A stretch of 54,752 nucleotides of DNA from Alphaproteobacteria bacterium (GTDB lineage Bacteria > Pseudomonadota > Alphaproteobacteria > SHVP01), in assembly GCA_038148335.1 (NCBI GenBank), contig JAYQVF010000003.1, positions 1 to 54,752 on the forward strand, in the 5' to 3' direction. Below the pieces are notes generated by a model. It was not told where the DNA came from, ran no database searches, and saw only the letters and a program-made list of their open reading frames with translations. Both the position numbers and the translations under genes were made by a program. Shown here one piece after another: positions 52,186 to 54,752 of the stretch. Position 1 is the stretch's first letter, and every line of letters starts with the position of its first letter.

Positions 52186-53007
52186 ATGAAGAAAATCGCC
52201 GTCATCGGAACCGGCTTTCGGCGGACCGGCGACCGCAAGCCCCCGAACGAAATCCTCGCCGTTCGCGGAGAGGGGTTCGAGCCGCTGCTCGCCGAGACCC
52301 GGATGCCTGCGTTTCCGATCAACGAGATCAACCGCAACATGAGCGAGATCGCCAATATCGAGACCGGCCTCAGATCCGAGGCCGAAGGCTTCGACGCGAT
52401 CTTCATCAACACAGTCGGCGACTACGGGCTGAGCGCGCTGCGCTCGGCGGTCCGGATTCCGGTTATCGGCGCCGGTCAGGCAACGATGCACGCAGCTTGC
52501 CAGCTCGGCACCAAGTTCTCGATCGTCACGATTTGGCCGCCGCAGCTTCTGTTCATCTATCACGGGCTTCTACAGCTCTACCGGATGGAAGACCGCTGCG
52601 TGTCGATCCGATGCGTCAGCCAGGACGAGGAACTCGACACGCTGGCCGAAGACCAGAACTTCGTCACTGACATGCGTTCAGGCGAGGTGACGCAGCAGGA
52701 CCGGATCGTTCGCCAGTGCGAGAAGGCGATCAGCGAAGATGGGGCCGACACAATCATGCTCGGTTGCACCTGCATGTCGCCGATCGCCCACGAGATTGCC
52801 GCGCGGGTGAGCGCCCCAGTCCTCAACCCACTGACGACCGGGTACAAGGCGACGGAGATGGCGCTTTCGCTGGGCCTCAGCCACAGCGTCCACCGGTATC
52901 CGCAGGCCGGCGGCGAGCGACTCTCGCACTACCAGGCGATGGCTGGCGCCGTTTCGGCGCTCGACCAGAGCGACCCGCGCGGAACGGCCAAGGAAGCGGC
53001 CGAATAG
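52186..53007 (+). CDS. Asp/Glu/hydantoin racemase-family protein
   Basis: In frame with ORF 51835-53007; the ATG at 52186 follows GGAGGGA. Two Cys-containing half-site strings (…FINTVGDYGL…, …IMLGCTCMSP…) typical of hydantoin racemase-like proteins. Confidence 0.78.
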   Translation: MKKIAVIGTGFRRTGDRKPPNEILAVRGEGFEPLLAETRMPAFPINEINRNMSEIANIETGLRSEAEGFDAIFINTVGDYGLSALRSAVRIPVIGAGQATMHAACQLGTKFSIVTIWPPQLLFIYHGLLQLYRMEDRCVSIRCVSQDEELDTLAEDQNFVTDMRSGEVTQQDRIVRQCEKAISEDGADTIMLGCTCMSPIAHEIAARVSAPVLNPLTTGYKATEMALSLGLSHSVHRYPQAGGERLSHYQAMAGAVSALDQSDPRGTAKEAAE

Positions 53008-53010
53008 ACG

Positions 53011-53652
53011 CTAGCGCGGCTGATAGGCCGAAGCGCCCGTACGAAGACTCCACTCGACGGTACGCCGGATGACCTTTCCGAGCGCTTCGTCGAACGCAAA
53101 GATCACCTGCTCCATGCCGGTGCCCTCTGCGGTCACGCGAGCGTCGAAATTTTCGGAGGCGATGATCTCGCGCCGCGGCTGCTGAATGAGCCGAGCGCTC
53201 AGGCGGACGTGCACCACGGGCGGCTGATTGGACCCGCTGTACTCTGCCTGGAATTCGCGCAGTTCCGTCTTGAGGTTGAAGTCAGACCGCAGGCCGATCG
53301 CCTGTCGTCCCACGGCGACGATCTTGCCCGAGTTTTCGAACGACTCGACCAGCAGGGTCTGGACCATCCGTGGCGCGCGTTCGGTCCACCGGGCGCTGGC
53401 GAAGTACTGCAATTCGATCGCGCGTGTGCGCAGGGCGATATTCTGGACCTGAAGTCCACCTGCCGAACTCGGTTCCTCGACGACGAGTTGCCACGGCACC
53501 CGGGGCAGATCCTCATCGAAGGTGTTCTTCGGCGTCAGCGTGTAGAGGTTCGCCGGCGGCCCGCTTCCCGGTAATACACCCGTGCAGCCGGCCAGAAGTA
53601 CCGCCGCCACCCCCAACGCGCCGAGGCGCGACATCGCCCTGGTTAATCTCAT
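53011..53652 (-). CDS. ABC-type transport auxiliary lipoprotein (DUF330-like)
   Basis: 213 aa with lipobox LLAGC/T. Start overlaps the MCE gene stop (ATGA). Usual position downstream of an MCE/MlaD gene. Confidence 0.75.
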   Translation of the reverse strand: MRLTRAMSRLGALGVAAVLLAGCTGVLPGSGPPANLYTLTPKNTFDEDLPRVPWQLVVEEPSSAGGLQVQNIALRTRAIELQYFASARWTERAPRMVQTLLVESFENSGKIVAVGRQAIGLRSDFNLKTELREFQAEYSGSNQPPVVHVRLSARLIQQPRREIIASENFDARVTAEGTGMEQVIFAFDEALGKVIRRTVEWSLRTGASAYQPR

Positions 53653-54671
53653 TCCGCTTCAAATCCTCGCTGTGCGTCGCCGAACAGGAACTGCGCCGGA
53701 TCGGATTCGATCTGTGTTGTCAGCCGCGACAGGTCGCCCATCAACGCCCGCATGTCCGCAATCAGGCCGGAGAATTCATAGAGGCCCTGCGCCGAGAAGT
53801 CGGCGATCGGCTGGCGGGTGTCCTGGACGATCGAATTCAGGCCCTGCGAGACCTGGGTTACCGACGTCGCCGTGTTCCGGAGATCCTCGATCAGGATTCG
53901 AAGATCGTTCTCGACGACGCCATCCGCCGTCGTCACGGCGCCGCGAACGACGGCCAAGGTGGCGTCGGCGCTTTCCGACAGCGTCACAACCTGGGCATCA
54001 AGGCTTTCGACGAGACCGTTGAGCGAGGCCGCAGCCTTGCGCATCTCGCTCGATGTCCGCTCGACGTTGTCGAGAATGCTCGCAATGTCGCCGGTGCGAT
54101 CCGAGAGTTCTCCCGAAAGTGTCTCGACATCGACCAGGATCGACGAGAGCGAGCGAATGTTCTCGTCGCTGACGAGCTTTTTCGTCTGTTCGAGGAGCTC
54201 CACGCCACGGGCGATCAGGTCCGGAGCGCCCTGGAACAGCCTCTGGAACTGGGAGGGTCGCGAGTCGATCACGGGATAGCGCTCGCCCGGCGGCACCTCG
54301 ACGAGGGCCGGACTCTCGGCGCTCCCGCCCGTCAGAGCGACGAGCGACACGCCGGTGATCCCCTGGGCCTGGAGCTCGGCGACCGAGTCCTTCTTTACCG
54401 GCGTGTCCGACGCGATATCGACAGTCACGCGAACACGCTGGGGGTTGTTCGGGTCGATGCTGATCGAGTCGACGGTGCCGACGGGTATGCCGTTGTAGAG
54501 GACGTTGCTCGCCGAACTGAGCCCCGATACCGAGCCATCGAAGTAGATGGTATAGCGCGCGAACTCGCGATCGACCTCAAGCTTGGCGAGCCAGATCACG
54601 AAGCCGAAGAGCCCGAAGACGATCAGCAGGACGAAGGAACCGACGAGAACGTAGTTCGCTCTGTTTTCCAT
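53649..54671 (-). CDS. MCE/MlaD-family substrate-binding protein with long helical C-terminal region
   Basis: 340 aa. N-terminal TM (YVLVGSFVLLIVFGLFGFVIWL), an MCE domain (YTIYFDGSVSGLSSASNVLYNGIPVGTV), then a long helical region. Confidence 0.85.
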   Translation of the reverse strand: MENRANYVLVGSFVLLIVFGLFGFVIWLAKLEVDREFARYTIYFDGSVSGLSSASNVLYNGIPVGTVDSISIDPNNPQRVRVTVDIASDTPVKKDSVAELQAQGITGVSLVALTGGSAESPALVEVPPGERYPVIDSRPSQFQRLFQGAPDLIARGVELLEQTKKLVSDENIRSLSSILVDVETLSGELSDRTGDIASILDNVERTSSEMRKAAASLNGLVESLDAQVVTLSESADATLAVVRGAVTTADGVVENDLRILIEDLRNTATSVTQVSQGLNSIVQDTRQPIADFSAQGLYEFSGLIADMRALMGDLSRLTTQIESDPAQFLFGDAQRGFEAE

Positions 54672-54680
54672 CGGCGCCGC

Positions 54681-54752
54681 CTAACCCATTGCCGCCCGCG
54701 CGCGAGGGCCATGGAAATATTCGCGGACCCAAGGGTGATCGCTTGTCATCAT
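54681..54752 (-). CDS. ABC transporter ATP-binding protein (MlaF-like), C-terminal 23 codons only
   Basis: Manual minus-strand translation of the window end gives ...MMTSDHPWVREYFHGPRARAAMG with a TAG stop at 54681-54683. The P-x-V-x-x-[FY]-[FL]-x-G ending is typical of MlaF-type ATPases. The N-terminus lies outside the window. Confidence 0.55.
   Translation of the reverse strand: MMTSDHPWVREYFHGPRARAAMG

Noticed and set aside
1-54752. Scan for CRISPR arrays, rRNA/tRNA genes, IS elements, integrases and prophage or defence-system genes.
   Set aside because: Nothing was found. All intergenic gaps are short (the largest is about 200 nt). There are no spaced direct-repeat arrays, and no translation resembles Cas, transposase, recombinase, restriction-modification or phage structural proteins.

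Overview
Strongly GC-rich, gene-dense bacterial chromosomal segment. I call about 58 protein-coding genes, and nearly all intergenic gaps are under 200 nt. The family content (TRAP transporter, coiled-coil porin, KorAB, MCE/Mla-type transporter) suggests an alphaproteobacterium, but that is inference only. I see no rRNA, tRNA, CRISPR array, IS/transposase, integrase or phage genes. Because of the GC content, the six-frame track is full of long antisense or off-frame shadow ORFs. I called genes from family-recognisable translations, GC3 bias, Shine-Dalgarno (SD) sequences and stop/start coupling, and I moved several starts inward. The track also uses GTG/TTG starts. Left to right: (1) A minus-strand catabolic cluster: FAD aromatic-type monooxygenase, TRAP DctPQM, a canonical alpha/beta hydrolase, a VOC protein and an amidohydrolase, with a divergent Xi-class GST. 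(2) VOC protein, mini-lipoprotein, porin, a double CN-hydrolase and a membrane protein. (3) SDR plus two double-module alpha/beta-hydrolase-like genes. (4) htpX. (5) A same-strand run of LLM oxidoreductase, methyltransferase, orphan protein, ABM, and two more double-module hydrolase-like genes. (6) Heptosyltransferase, class II aldolase, AhpD-like protein, and NTF2-like proteins bracketing a tandem methyltransferase pair. (7) PEP-mutase/ICL-family enzyme, lipoprotein, secreted protein, FAD oxidase and a PqiA-like protein. (8) A CoA-transferase-like trio plus a fourth methyltransferase. (9) Minus-strand genes: two PuuE-like deacetylase-fold proteins, a cysteine hydrolase, an Hpt protein, an atypical receiver, korAB, an FprA-type reductase and an MBL hydrolase. 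(10) ADP-ribosylglycohydrolase, hydantoin-type racemase and the tail of an MCE/Mla-like ABC system. The most unusual content is a paralogue-rich set. It comprises eight copies of an alpha/beta-hydrolase-fold module packed two per protein in four genes, with His or Gln where the catalytic nucleophile normally sits. A single-module relative carries Ala at that position. There are also four paralogous SAM methyltransferases with a conserved ~190-aa N-terminal extension. These sit among LLM, ABM, SDR and NTF2-like genes, with no scaffold synthase and no recognisable regulator. I cannot assign this ensemble to a known pathway, and I flag it as the best candidate for something undescribed. All functional calls rest on motif and family recognition by eye; no database search was run.
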